Of a DNA stretch of 57,604 nt, positions 56,714 through 57,604 are shown piece after piece. Every line of letters starts with the position of its first letter. Positions within the stretch are counted from its first letter, which is position 1. The notes under the pieces were generated by a model. That model was given only the letters and a program-made list of their open reading frames with translations, did no database searches and was not told the DNA's origin. Source of the stretch: an uncultured virus (IMG/VR IMGVR_UViG_3300025466_000016) (taxonomy: Duplodnaviria > Heunggongvirae > Uroviricota > Caudoviricetes); the IMG/VR virus record IMGVR_UViG_3300025466_000016. One strand, given 5' to 3'. A program made the translations under genes and the position numbers.

Positions 56714-57604
56714 ATGAGTAAAGACTTAGAAATCGCAATTATTAAGGCACCGTATAAACGGATGTCTTACACTGAAGAACAGATTAGGGAAATTGCCTTG
56801 TGTGCTGACCCTGTGAATGGACCTCAGTACTTTATGGATAACTACTTCTTTATACAACATCCAACAAAAGGTGCTATACAGTACCACCCGTTTGAATATC
56901 AAGGACGACTGATAGAAACGTACCATAATTATAGATTTAGTATTAGCCTTATGCCACGTCAAACTGGTAAGTCAACTAGTGCCGCTGGCTATTTGTTGTG
57001 GTATGCTATGTTTGTTCCAGATTCTACCATCCTAGTTGCTGCACACAAGTATTTAGGCGCACAAGAGATCATGCAACGTGTTCGTTATGCTTATGAGAAC
57101 TGTCCTGACTTTATCCGAGCGGGGGTAACAAGCTACAACAAAGGTAGCTTGGACTTTGAAAATGGTAGCCGCATAGTAAGTCAAACAACAACCGAAAACA
57201 CAGGTCGTGGTATGTCAATATCACTACTATACTGTGACGAGTTTGCGTTCGTTCGCCCTACTATTGCCTCAGAGTTCTGGGCTTCTATTACTCCTACACT
57301 AGCAACTGGTGGTAAATGTATTATTACTTCAACACCAAACTCAGACGAAGATCAGTTTGCACAGATTTGGCGCGGTGCTAATAAATGCTTTGACGAGTTT
57401 GGAAACGAAACAGAACTTGGCATCAATGGATTTAAAGCATTTCGTAGCAAATGGCAAGAGCATCCAGATCGTGATGAAAAGTGGGCTGATCAAATGCGAG
57501 CTCAACTTGGCGACGAACGATTCCGCCGTGAGATGGAATGCGAATTTATTATCTTTGATGAAACTTTAATTAATCCATTACACCTAGTTGAAATGGCTGG
57601 AATT
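56714..57604 (+). CDS. Terminase large subunit (T4 gp17-like), 5' part, running off the window
   Basis: Absent from the ORF track because it has no stop. ATG at 56714 (MSKDLEIAIIK); in-frame Walker A MPRQTGKST (56951), GRGMS, Walker B LLYCDEFAFV, IITSTPN; TAAATA at 56674-56679. Confidence 0.95.
   Translation, partial: MSKDLEIAIIKAPYKRMSYTEEQIREIALCADPVNGPQYFMDNYFFIQHPTKGAIQYHPFEYQGRLIETYHNYRFSISLMPRQTGKSTSAAGYLLWYAMFVPDSTILVAAHKYLGAQEIMQRVRYAYENCPDFIRAGVTSYNKGSLDFENGSRIVSQTTTENTGRGMSISLLYCDEFAFVRPTIASEFWASITPTLATGGKCIITSTPNSDEDQFAQIWRGANKCFDEFGNETELGINGFKAFRSKWQEHPDRDEKWADQMRAQLGDERFRREMECEFIIFDETLINPLHLVEMAGI

Noticed and set aside
56726..57569. ORF-track calls 56726-56962 (-) and 57309-57569 (+)
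   Set aside because: Both overlap the terminase large subunit frame starting at 56714, which the track missed because it has no stop in the window
1..57604. Stop-codon reassignment (alternative genetic code)
   Set aside because: Core genes are full length in the standard code, and TAG (2815, 16472, 17249) and TGA (44154) act as normal stops followed closely by the next gene

Overview
Genome segment of a large T4-like (contractile-tailed) dsDNA bacteriophage using the standard genetic code. It covers most of the virion morphogenesis region: portal, prohead protease, scaffold, major capsid, about 20 kb of Ser/Thr/Gly-rich fibre/appendage genes, gp13/14/15-like neck and tail terminator, sheath, tube, gp4-like head completion, a probable small terminase and the 5' part of the large terminase. 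Also present are a gp46/Rad50-like ATPase, two radical SAM enzymes, dNMP kinase, NUDIX, a DEDDh exonuclease and several HNH, GIY-YIG and NUMOD3 nuclease genes. Late genes are marked by a TAAATA box, often placed so that the mRNA would be leaderless. The main unexplained signals are (1) a ~450-nt densely structured non-coding region with GNRA-capped stems and a 7-bp pseudoknot directly behind a minimal, basic GIY-YIG-fold gene, a candidate large ncRNA/RNP system; (2) a T-TTT-TTC -1 frameshift site that fuses two tail-assembly ORFs beside the tape measure gene; and (3) a Maf/DUF115-like gene translationally coupled to the Ser/Thr-rich fibre cluster, suggesting possible virion glycosylation. All calls come from motif recognition by eye; no searches or folding programs were run.
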